Source: Methanobacteriota archaeon | Lineage (GTDB): Archaea; Thermoplasmatota; Poseidoniia; Poseidoniales; Poseidoniaceae | Direction of reading: 5' to 3' | NCBI GenBank assembly: GCA_038104845.1 | Contig: JAYOBJ010000004.1 | Coordinates: forward strand, 14,129-78,128 | DNA length: 64,000 nucleotides | Part shown: piece by piece, positions 10,112 through 18,311 of the stretch | How the letters are laid out: the number at the start of each line of letters is the position of its first letter | How positions within the stretch are numbered: the first letter of the stretch is position 1 | Position numbers and translations under genes: made by a program | Notes under the pieces: model-generated | Told to the model about the DNA's origin: nothing | Databases searched by the model: none | The model's input: only the letters and a program-made list of their open reading frames with translations

Positions 10112-10510
10112 ATGAGCCTATCGCCGTGTGGTGGGGCAAGCATTGATGTGCTTGAGCAAGAACCGGCTGCCATGGATGAACAACCCACGGTGGAGGCCTT
10201 CATGCGTCACCTGCAGGTGTGCTTGGAGGAGGCGGCCACCATTGGGGATGCCCAAGAGCGAGAGCAGCGTTGCTGGCAAATCGAAGCGGCGCTTCAAGAG
10301 GCCATTCTCTACAAGAACCGTGTGGAGCAGTTGCTGCAGCACGGTGTTGACCCGATTCACTTGGTTCAACCCGCTCCCGATGGCACGCGAGCCCCCGCCC
10401 CCCGAAAAATTGAGGCGCTCAACGGGTCACATCGGCACTGCCAGAAATGCGGTGCTGGGCTTGAAAACGATCTCGACTTCTGCCCGGCATGTGGGCACGA
10501 GAATGCGTGA
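10112..10510 (+). CDS. small zinc-ribbon protein
   Basis: C-terminal CQKCG-x11-CPACG ribbon. In the frame of ORF 9212..10510 but starting at the internal ATG after the IPK gene. Divergent from IPK. Confidence 0.5.
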   Translation: MSLSPCGGASIDVLEQEPAAMDEQPTVEAFMRHLQVCLEEAATIGDAQEREQRCWQIEAALQEAILYKNRVEQLLQHGVDPIHLVQPAPDGTRAPAPRKIEALNGSHRHCQKCGAGLENDLDFCPACGHENA

Positions 10511-10516
10511 GGCCGG

Positions 10517-11230
10517 TCACTCTTCTTCTTCTTGACGGGTCCATTCGGCGACGATTTCCGTGATGATGGGGTCGTCGGCTTCGACTTGATACAGGTATTC
10601 GCCTGGAACTTCGTCGGTCAAGAAAACGGTCTTACCGGCCCGGTAAATGACATGTCCGTCGGCGATGGCACGTGTGGTGTCGACCTCGAGGATGGTCGGT
10701 CGATGGATGCGAACGTGGCCGGCTTCCATGGCGTTGGCAATGGTTCGCGACAAGTGGACGTTTTTCCGGTCGCCAGCGGTGATGCCGTACTCCATGTAGG
10801 TCTCCACTTCATCGGCTTGGCACGGGTAGAACAGCACTTCGGGGATGTCGTCGGTCGGTAGGTCGAGGTCAAGTTCAATCGAGTGGCCATACGTGGCTCG
10901 AATCATCCCGTTCTCAACTTGGTAGCGACCTTTCTCATCAGCGTTGGCGATGGCTTCGAAGTGCCAGCCGCGCAGCCAGTGGTAGTGGCGGCGTTGGTTG
11001 CCAATGGCGTCGGAAAGCTCCCGAGCGTTCACCCATCCGTTGATGTCCATGTCCACCCCGAACTTCTCGGGTGCGTGTCGGAGCACCAACGCCAGCATCC
11101 GTCCCAAACTGTTGGCTTCTCGGTCGCTCATGATGAATTTCCCTTCATCGTTGCAGACAGCGCAGTTGGTTCCTGAAAAGTGTCCGTGGGTCCTGCATTG
11201 GCGCAGCATGGAGTGAAGGCGAGGGTCCAC
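10517..11230 (-). CDS. kptA: RNA 2'-phosphotransferase (Tpt1/KptA family)
   Basis: LGRMLALVLRHAPEKFGVDMDINGWVNAREL matches the KptA core. The ORF starts with GTG at 11230 and carries a Cys/His-rich 33-aa N-terminal extension; the start could instead be the ATG at about 11131. Confidence 0.8.
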   Translation of the reverse strand: MDPRLHSMLRQCRTHGHFSGTNCAVCNDEGKFIMSDREANSLGRMLALVLRHAPEKFGVDMDINGWVNARELSDAIGNQRRHYHWLRGWHFEAIANADEKGRYQVENGMIRATYGHSIELDLDLPTDDIPEVLFYPCQADEVETYMEYGITAGDRKNVHLSRTIANAMEAGHVRIHRPTILEVDTTRAIADGHVIYRAGKTVFLTDEVPGEYLYQVEADDPIITEIVAEWTRQEEEE

Positions 11231-11317
11231 GCCTCATGAACCCTGCGGGATGGGTTGACGCAGAAACCACGCCCTGGCAAGCGAGGGTATCAAGGACCGA
11301 AGGGTGGTGGCAACGGC

Positions 11318-12490
11318 ATGGTGAACGTGGCGATGGTCGGCGCTGGCCAAACCAAGTACGGCAATCATCCACTGGGGCTCAAAGGGATGTGGGCCGAGGC
11401 TGCTGAACAGGCCTTCGCGTCGATTGACGGTGACGTTGAACCCCAACAGGTGGACGAGGCGTTCATCGGTAGCCTGGCCTTCGGCGGGGCCCAATTGGGC
11501 AACACCGCCGCGTTGTTGACCGAGCACTCCCGAATGAAGGGCGTTCCGGTTCGCCGGGTGGAAAATGCATGCGCCTCTTCGGGTTACGCCCTTCGAGATG
11601 CCTGGATGGCCATCAAATCCGGTCAAGCGGACATCGTGGTGGCCGGTGGCATCGAGAAAATGAACGACTTAACACCCGAGCGCAAGCGGTACTGGCTCGG
11701 GGTGTCCGGTGACACGGAATGGGAACGCCTCGCTGGGTTGACCTTTCCTGGTACCTACGCCTTGATGGCACGCCGACATTTTCACGAACACGGAAGCACA
11801 CACGACGACCTCGTTCACATCAGTGTCAAAAATCATCTCCACGGGTCGATGAATGCCAAAGCACACATTCAGAAAGCGGTGGATTTCGAGAAAGCCGCCT
11901 CAGGCTTCATGGTGGCTGACCCCCTTACGCTGTACGACTGTTGCCCCACCTCGGACGGTGCTTCGTGCGTTGTGCTGGCGGCCGACCACGTCGCACGGCG
12001 ATTGACCGACACACCGGTGTGGATCAACGGGTCCGGTGCGGCCTCGGACCATCTGGCTCTCCACGACCGGCCAAGCATCACGCGACTCGCTGCCACCCAG
12101 CAAGCCGCTCGGCGAGCCTATGCCCAGGCCGGCGTGTCAGCAGGCGACATTGACCTTGCTGAGGTTCACGATTGCTTCACCATCGCCGAGTTGCTGGCCA
12201 CCGAAGACCTCGGTTTCGCAGCCGCCGGTGAAGGGGGTGTGTTCGCCCGCAACGGGGAGGGCCGCCTCAACGAGGGCGACGTCACCATCAACGCCAGTGG
12301 TGGCCTCAAATCGAAAGGTCATCCACTCGGTGCCACCGGAACCGGTCAAGCGGTCGAGGTCTTTCAACAACTTCGGCACGAGGTGGGGAACCAACGGCAA
12401 GTGCGCGACGCAGAAGTGGCCCTCACGCACAACGTGGGTGGTTCGGGTGCCACGTGTGCGGTCCATGTGTTCGGTCGGGAGGTGGCCTGA
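11318..12490 (+). CDS. thiolase (acetyl-CoA C-acetyltransferase, archaeal SCP-x-like type)
   Basis: Thiolase-fold motifs: VENACASSGYAL active-site Cys region, and C-terminal NASGGLKSKGHPLGATG, HNVGGSGAT. Start at MVNVAMVGAG. Confidence 0.85.
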   Translation: MVNVAMVGAGQTKYGNHPLGLKGMWAEAAEQAFASIDGDVEPQQVDEAFIGSLAFGGAQLGNTAALLTEHSRMKGVPVRRVENACASSGYALRDAWMAIKSGQADIVVAGGIEKMNDLTPERKRYWLGVSGDTEWERLAGLTFPGTYALMARRHFHEHGSTHDDLVHISVKNHLHGSMNAKAHIQKAVDFEKAASGFMVADPLTLYDCCPTSDGASCVVLAADHVARRLTDTPVWINGSGAASDHLALHDRPSITRLAATQQAARRAYAQAGVSAGDIDLAEVHDCFTIAELLATEDLGFAAAGEGGVFARNGEGRLNEGDVTINASGGLKSKGHPLGATGTGQAVEVFQQLRHEVGNQRQVRDAEVALTHNVGGSGATCAVHVFGREVA

Positions 12491-13308
12491 TGGACGAACA
12501 CCTTGTCTGGCAAGGTTACCTGCTCAGTCACCACGATGCGTTCACCGTGGTGCAATCGCCGTTCACGCTGACCGGCGCCCGTGTCTTTGGTGCAGACAGC
12601 GACCCAACCACCCTTGCCGTCGCTGCGTTGCTCCACCGGATCGGAACGGAACGGGTGGACTCGGTGAGCGTCCCTGAGGGCATGGACGGCCCCACCTTGG
12701 CCGCAGCATGCGGTGTGAAAGTGGCCAGCGAGGACGACCTTGATGCCTGCTCGTGGGACCTGATGCTCAGCGATGAGGCCGTGGTGGTGTTGGCCAAGCG
12801 TGGAGCGGACTTGACCATCCCCCACCTCGATGTCGAAGTGCCGGTCGATGCTCAAGAACACGCTGCTATGGAGGAGGCTTGGTCGAAGGAACTCCATCCG
12901 CAGCACGTGAGTCAAGGTGCCTTTGTGTCGGAGGCAGCGTACGTTGAGGGTGCGGGTGCTCGACTGGCCATGGAAGGTCAGCGAACCCGAGGCACCGTGG
13001 TGTGGCCGCCCCGCTTCGGCGACCACGGTTCAGCCGAGTCCACCAACGTCCACCGCACTGGCGAGGTGTTGTCGTGGACAGCGCTGAGCGCTGCGGGAGC
13101 CCCCTCGGAATTTGCGTTGCGAGCGCCGTTGTTGGGTGGCTTGGCCACGGTGTTGTTGCACTTGGAGGACGGGCCCAACGGTGTGTTCCTCCTGGTGGAC
13201 GATGAAGATCACGACATCACCATGGGGGCATCGGTGGAATTGGTCCTGCGTCGCCTTTACGCCCAAGAGGGGTTCATGCGTTACGGGCTTAAAGGTCGGC
13301 TCGTTTGA
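12490..13308 (+). CDS. thiolase-associated protein with a C-terminal DUF35-like OB-fold domain
   Basis: ATG overlaps the thiolase stop (TGATG). C-terminal 90 aa resemble the DUF35 OB-fold (GEVLSWTAL...GGLATVLLHLEDGPNGVFLLVDDEDHDITMGASVELVLRRLYAQEGFMRYGLKG) but carry no 4-Cys zinc ribbon. N-terminal 180 aa are unassigned. Confidence 0.6.
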   Translation: MDEHLVWQGYLLSHHDAFTVVQSPFTLTGARVFGADSDPTTLAVAALLHRIGTERVDSVSVPEGMDGPTLAAACGVKVASEDDLDACSWDLMLSDEAVVVLAKRGADLTIPHLDVEVPVDAQEHAAMEEAWSKELHPQHVSQGAFVSEAAYVEGAGARLAMEGQRTRGTVVWPPRFGDHGSAESTNVHRTGEVLSWTALSAAGAPSEFALRAPLLGGLATVLLHLEDGPNGVFLLVDDEDHDITMGASVELVLRRLYAQEGFMRYGLKGRLV

Positions 13309-13354
13309 TGGCATCAAAGAGTTCATAGAAAACCGTGTCACCATCACCGTTATG

Positions 13355-14368
13355 GCTGGTTTTGGCGGCATGCGCAAAGGTCGAGAAGAAGCGAAGACCA
13401 ACCTTGGTTTCACCGAAGGTGGCGATTGCCCTCGCTGCGGTGGGAACGCACAGGATTCCAGCATGGCGGGTTACTTGCAGTGCGGCTCGTGCATGCACGA
13501 ATGGGCCGATCCAAATTACGTCGAAGAGCGTCGCCGTCCCGAGCCTCCCACACATCGCCGTGATGCCGAGTTGATTGAGCAATTCAAATCCGAAATGGCA
13601 TCGGGTGAATTGGCGAATGTCTTGGGCGTGAACAAGAATTTGACGGGCGCGCAGGAGCAATCCCTCAAGCGCCTTGAAGACAAGTGGATGAGCGGGATGC
13701 AAGGTCACTACAACGCCGCCTCGGAGGAGCGGAAGCCCTTGATGATCAGTTTTGATGACGACGACAACATCGTGTCCACCGAAGTCGCGGCCATCACCAT
13801 CGTGTCCAACGGGTTTGACGGTGGTGAGGAGATTCGACTGGAATACCCCGGCCGTGGGACCGAATTTTACGCCTACAACGAGCGCAGCCCCACCGGTTGG
13901 AAGCGTGGACGGGACGCCGAGGCCACCGCCCGTTCCATCGCGAACGTCATCAACCGGTCAAGCCGTTTGGTCTATGCCAACCTGCAAGGGCACCGCATCT
14001 CGTTTGAGCTTCGCGAACATGACCTCAAGCCAGAATCCTTTGTCATCTTCGTCGACGACCCGGGCGGCACCGACATCGTCGCCGAAAAGGGGGGTGTGGT
14101 GCTGGATCACCGCGACTTCTCAACCCTCCAGGACTACCGAACGGTGGTTGAAATGGTCCTCGAGGATGGCATCATTTCCCCAAGCGAAGACCAACTGCTT
14201 TGGGCCATGCGCCAACAACTCAACATCGACGATGCCTACCACGTTCAGATGGTCATCGACATCTGCGGCGAACACACGCTGAAGGAATGCACCTCGTGCA
14301 GCGGGATGGCCGAGTTGTATCCCGAGTACGCCGCTTGGTACTGCCATGCGTGCGAAGCGTGGTGCTGA
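13355..14368 (+). CDS. hypothetical protein with N- and C-terminal zinc ribbons and a TerB-like C-terminal motif
   Basis: CPRCGG-x11-CGSC at the N-terminus and CTSCSG-x13-CHAC at the C-terminus; DGIISPSEDQLLWAMRQQL resembles TerB-type helices. Start at the internal ATG (MAGFGG). Confidence 0.55.
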   Translation, partial: AGFGGMRKGREEAKTNLGFTEGGDCPRCGGNAQDSSMAGYLQCGSCMHEWADPNYVEERRRPEPPTHRRDAELIEQFKSEMASGELANVLGVNKNLTGAQEQSLKRLEDKWMSGMQGHYNAASEERKPLMISFDDDDNIVSTEVAAITIVSNGFDGGEEIRLEYPGRGTEFYAYNERSPTGWKRGRDAEATARSIANVINRSSRLVYANLQGHRISFELREHDLKPESFVIFVDDPGGTDIVAEKGGVVLDHRDFSTLQDYRTVVEMVLEDGIISPSEDQLLWAMRQQLNIDDAYHVQMVIDICGEHTLKECTSCSGMAELYPEYAAWYCHACEAWC

Positions 14369-14486
14369 ACGCACGCAAACGACCGTTCTATAGGACCGTC
14401 CATCGGTGTTCCACATCGCTCTCCTCGCAACGTGAACGTCGATGGGTCAAGGGACCTTTCATAAAGTGAAGGGACTACGCAACCCC

Positions 14487-15512
14487 ATGGCCAACGAAAC
14501 GCTGTACATTGGAATCGATTTGGGGACGTTCCGTTCCGTGATGGTGTCGTCCGACAGCCACGAAGTCGAAGAACTGACCGTCATCGGCACCCCCAAAGAC
14601 CCCATCGCGCGCAATTTCTTGAAGCGAGATGTGCTCTTCGGCCACGAGGCCCTGAAGAACCGCTTGGCACTCAACCTGTTCCGGCCGCTTGAACTCGGTG
14701 TCATCAAGGACACGCCAGAAGACCGCGAATTCATCGCCCACTTCATCACCCACCTCATCGGCTTGGCCGACCCCGAGGAATACGACCGTGTGGTCGCCGT
14801 CATCGGTGCACCGGCCGAAGCCAGCCACGTTGACAAGACGGCCATCTTTGACGCTGCAGCGGGTTCCGTGAACTCGGCCATGATCATTTCAGAACCGTTT
14901 GCTGTCGCCTACGCCTTGGACATGATCACCCACACCCTGGTCATCGACATCGGTGCCGGCACCACGGACTTGTGCCGTGTGTACGGGACCATCCCCGGCC
15001 CTGGCGACCAGATGCACACCGGTCACGCTGGCGACTTCGTTGACAACCAACTCATCAAGGAAATCACGGCCAAATACAACGGTGCACAGGTCACCAAGGA
15101 CATGGCTCGACGCTGGAAAGAACAGTACTCCTTCGTGTCCACCGCAACGCCTGACGAGCCCGTGCTTGTCGACTTCTCAATCGAAGGCAAGGCCATGACC
15201 CTCGACATCACCGATTGCATGCAGCGTGCCTGCGAATCGATCGTTGACCCCATCGTCGAGAACGTGAAGAAGCTCATCGCCGGTTCCAACCCCGAATACC
15301 ACGACGAGTTCCGCAAGAACATGGTCCTCGCCGGTGGCGGCTCGTCCATCAAGGGCCTTGGTGCCCTCATCGAACGGCGACTCTCCGACATGGGCGATGT
15401 GAACGTTCACGTTGTGGACGACCCCGTTCGCCTCGGTGCCATGGGTGGCCTTCGGTTGGCCATGGAAGTCCCCGAGGACATGTGGAAGAACCTCACCTTG
15501 GCATCTCGCTGA
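14487..15512 (+). CDS. actin-fold ATPase, MreB/archaeal-actin-like
   Basis: Phosphate-1 LYIGIDLGTFRS, connect-1 ISEPFAVAYALD, phosphate-2 LVIDIGAGTTD, adenosine motif VLAGGGSSIKGL, plus VDDPVRLGAMGG. Start at MANETLY. Confidence 0.75.
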   Translation: MANETLYIGIDLGTFRSVMVSSDSHEVEELTVIGTPKDPIARNFLKRDVLFGHEALKNRLALNLFRPLELGVIKDTPEDREFIAHFITHLIGLADPEEYDRVVAVIGAPAEASHVDKTAIFDAAAGSVNSAMIISEPFAVAYALDMITHTLVIDIGAGTTDLCRVYGTIPGPGDQMHTGHAGDFVDNQLIKEITAKYNGAQVTKDMARRWKEQYSFVSTATPDEPVLVDFSIEGKAMTLDITDCMQRACESIVDPIVENVKKLIAGSNPEYHDEFRKNMVLAGGGSSIKGLGALIERRLSDMGDVNVHVVDDPVRLGAMGGLRLAMEVPEDMWKNLTLASR

Positions 15513-15774
15513 GAACAGAGGATTTCGTCACACAGGAAGGTGACGGGCCGCACTGGCCAGGTTGGCTTGGACGTAACGTGCACCTCCGCATCTGATGCCG
15601 AGAGCCGTGGTTTCCTCGATTCCTGTGACTTACAATTCGTCTTGAATGGTCTCATGCGCAGTTGAATCAGCACCCCTCCATTGGAAACAGACGACACACT
15701 TTCGTGCGATTGTTTGCAAGGTCGGGGAACCGCTGTTCAAGCTCGGTCAACAGTTTCGTGATGGTTGGTGATGA

Positions 15775-16434
15775 TCAGGCGTTGCCGGCTGCTTCGACTT
15801 CGGCCCAGTCCTTCATGAACCCGTCAAGACCCTTGTCGGTCAGAGGATGGCTCATCAGCTGGCGGAAGGTCTTGGCGGGCATGGTTGCCGTGTGCGCACC
15901 CAATTGGATGCACTGGAGCACGTGCGTGGGGTGGCGGATGGACGCAGCGAGCACTTTGGTGTCGAGGTCATAATTGGCCCAGGTGTTCATGATTTCAGCG
16001 ATGAGTTCCATACCGTCATGGCCGGTGTCGTCGATGCGGCCAATGAAGGGTGAGACGTAGGTGGCGCCGGCCTTGGCAGCCATGAGTGCCTGCGAGGCGG
16101 AGAAGATCAGGGTCACGTTCGTGTCCACACCCTCCTCGCTCAGAATTTTGGTGGCGGCCAAGCCAGCAGGGGTGCACGGAATTTTGATGATCACGTTCTC
16201 TGGAAGTTCGGCCTTCAAGGCTCGACCCTGCTCCACCATGCCATCGGTGTCCAAGGCGGTCACTTCGGCCGAGATAGGGCCGCTGCAAATGCCAGCGATT
16301 TCCCGCACCACTTCCTTGAAATCGCGTCCGGATTTTTTGATGAGCGACGGGTTGGTGGTCACGCCGTCGAGAATCCCCCACGAGGCAATTTCACGAATTT
16401 CATCAACGTCAGCGGTGTCCAGGAAAAATTCCAT
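15775..16434 (-). CDS. tal: transaldolase (small archaeal/FSA-type)
   Basis: [11 protein letters not shown]...GVTTNPSL...IKIPCT motifs. Confidence 0.9.
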   Translation of the reverse strand: MEFFLDTADVDEIREIASWGILDGVTTNPSLIKKSGRDFKEVVREIAGICSGPISAEVTALDTDGMVEQGRALKAELPENVIIKIPCTPAGLAATKILSEEGVDTNVTLIFSASQALMAAKAGATYVSPFIGRIDDTGHDGMELIAEIMNTWANYDLDTKVLAASIRHPTHVLQCIQLGAHTATMPAKTFRQLMSHPLTDKGLDGFMKDWAEVEAAGNA

Positions 16435-16482
16435 GCCCAACCGTCAACGAAGCGGTTCTATGAACCCTCCCCCAGCGCGGTG

Positions 16483-17424
16483 TCATGCTTTCCTTGCGAT
16501 CGCTTCGAGGGCAGCCTTGACCACATCAGCGGGTGTCAGCCCCATGATTTCCAGCATTTCATCGGATTGAGCCGACTCACCGAAGCGGTCCTTCACGCCT
16601 ACGCGAACCAAGGGGGTGGCGCCAGTCGCCGAGAGGTGTTCGGCCACAGCGCCCCCAAGTCCACCGATGATGGAATGGTCCTCGGCCGTTACGATGGCGC
16701 CGCAGCGTTGGGCGAGGGTGTCCACCAAATTGCCATCAAGCGGCTTGATCGTGTGCATGTCAACAACGGTGGCGTGGATGCCTTGCTCGGCCAACAGGAT
16801 TCGGGCTTCGAGCGCTTGGGCGACCATGACGCCACAGGCAACGATGGCGACGTCATCCCCGTCCTCCAACACAACTCCCTTACCGATTTGGATGGTTCCC
16901 TCAGGCGCATCGTCGTACAACACCGGTGTCTTGTTTCGTGCTGTTCGCATGTACGATGGGGTGGTGGTGGACGCAAGCTGAACGGTCAGCAGGCGGGTGG
17001 AGACGTCGTCGGCAGGGTGAAGCACTGTCACGTTGGGTAAGGTGCGGTACACGGCCAAATCTTCAATTGACTGGGCCGAAGAACCGTCCGTTCCGGTGTG
17101 GGTGCCGCCATGGGAGCCGCACAAATGGACCGCAAGGTTGGGGCGGGCCACACCGTTTCGCATCTGTTCGAACGCCCGTTCCGTGAAGATGGCGAAGGTG
17201 GAGGCGAAGGGAATGTAACCGCTGGCCGCCAAACCTGCACCAACCAGGAGCATGTTTTGCTCACCGATGCCGCAGGAAACGGTGCGTTCAGGGTGGGCTT
17301 TGCGAAAGTGAAGGGACTTGGTCGACTTGCCGAGGTCGGCTTCCAACACGACCACCTTTGGGTTGGCTGCCAAATCCAACAGGGCCTGCCCGTAGCCGTC
17401 TCGCGTGGCTGCCATGCGGGTCAC
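16483..17424 (-). CDS. tktB: transketolase, C-terminal subunit
   Basis: Pyrimidine-binding and C-terminal transketolase domains (FDVGIAEQ-like GIGEQNML, GSHGGTHTGTDG). Overlaps the N-terminal subunit gene by 4 nt. Confidence 0.9.
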   Translation of the reverse strand: MTRMAATRDGYGQALLDLAANPKVVVLEADLGKSTKSLHFRKAHPERTVSCGIGEQNMLLVGAGLAASGYIPFASTFAIFTERAFEQMRNGVARPNLAVHLCGSHGGTHTGTDGSSAQSIEDLAVYRTLPNVTVLHPADDVSTRLLTVQLASTTTPSYMRTARNKTPVLYDDAPEGTIQIGKGVVLEDGDDVAIVACGVMVAQALEARILLAEQGIHATVVDMHTIKPLDGNLVDTLAQRCGAIVTAEDHSIIGGLGGAVAEHLSATGATPLVRVGVKDRFGESAQSDEMLEIMGLTPADVVKAALEAIARKA

Positions 17425-18311
17425 GCTGTCACCCCCAATTCAGCCATGGCGATGGCATACTGCTCATCGTTGGGTGCTGCTCCGTGGAAAGCAGGGTTGT
17501 CCTCCATGTACGAGACACCTTTGCCCTTGACGGTGTTGGCGATGAGGATGGATGGGCCGTTGTTGTTTGAGGCCAAGAAATTCAATCCCTCAAGGATTGA
17601 CTCCATGTCGTGACCGTCGATTTCCATGACGTTCCACCCGAACGCTCGCCACTTGGCGGGGATGTCAAACATCCGCATTTGCGCCTCGCAAAAATCGTCA
17701 TTCTGGATGCGGTTGCGGTCGAGAATGACGTTGAGGTTGCCCAATTCATGGTGGGCTGCAGCCATGGCCGCCTCCCACACCGAACCTTCCTGGATCTCAC
17801 CGTCGCCAAGCATCACGTAGGCTTGACGTTCGCTCTTGTCCATGCGTGCGGCCAGAGCGGCGCCCATGCCGAAGGAAAGACCCATGCCGAGTGAGCCAGC
17901 GGAAAAATCGACGCCGGGGCACCATTTCATGTCGACGTGGCCTTGGCAAATCCCACCCTTGACTCGGTAGGACTTGAGATCCTCAACGCTGATGAAACCC
18001 ATTTCCGCTAAGATGGCGTACATTCCGGGTGAGGCGTGACCTTTGGACAGCACAAATCGATCTCGGTCGCCCCAGTCGGGGTCATCGGGTCGAACGCGCA
18101 ACTGTGTCTTGTACAAGGCCGTCAGCAGATCGATCTCTGAAAGTGACCCGCCAGGGTGACCGGCTTGTGCACGGTGAACCATGTTGACAATGTGAACGCG
18201 GCATCGTCGTGCTGTTTCTTGGAGTTCTTCAATCGTGGTCAAACTGTCACCACCAGTCGGTCGTGAAGGGTGGCCTTTCATCCTTGTGTCCACGACTTGA
18301 GCCGTCGCCAC
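17421..18311 (-). CDS. tktA: transketolase, N-terminal (TPP-binding) subunit
   Basis: GHPGGSLS and GDGEIQEGSVWEA TPP-binding motifs. GTG start at 18311; an ATG alternative lies 10 codons in. Confidence 0.9.
   Translation of the reverse strand: MATAQVVDTRMKGHPSRPTGGDSLTTIEELQETARRCRVHIVNMVHRAQAGHPGGSLSEIDLLTALYKTQLRVRPDDPDWGDRDRFVLSKGHASPGMYAILAEMGFISVEDLKSYRVKGGICQGHVDMKWCPGVDFSAGSLGMGLSFGMGAALAARMDKSERQAYVMLGDGEIQEGSVWEAAMAAAHHELGNLNVILDRNRIQNDDFCEAQMRMFDIPAKWRAFGWNVMEIDGHDMESILEGLNFLASNNNGPSILIANTVKGKGVSYMEDNPAFHGAAPNDEQYAIAMAELGVTA

Noticed and set aside
10128-10535. 135-aa plus ORF overlapping the zinc-ribbon gene in another frame
   Set aside because: Arg/Ser/Trp-rich composition typical of out-of-frame translation. 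The alternative frame ends in a clean CxxC...CxxC ribbon.
15513-15774. 262-nt gap between actin-like and transaldolase genes, scanned for tRNA or C/D-box sRNA
   Set aside because: No cloverleaf could be folded. GTGATGA and CTGA boxes occur but not in a convincing C/D arrangement by eye; left uncalled.
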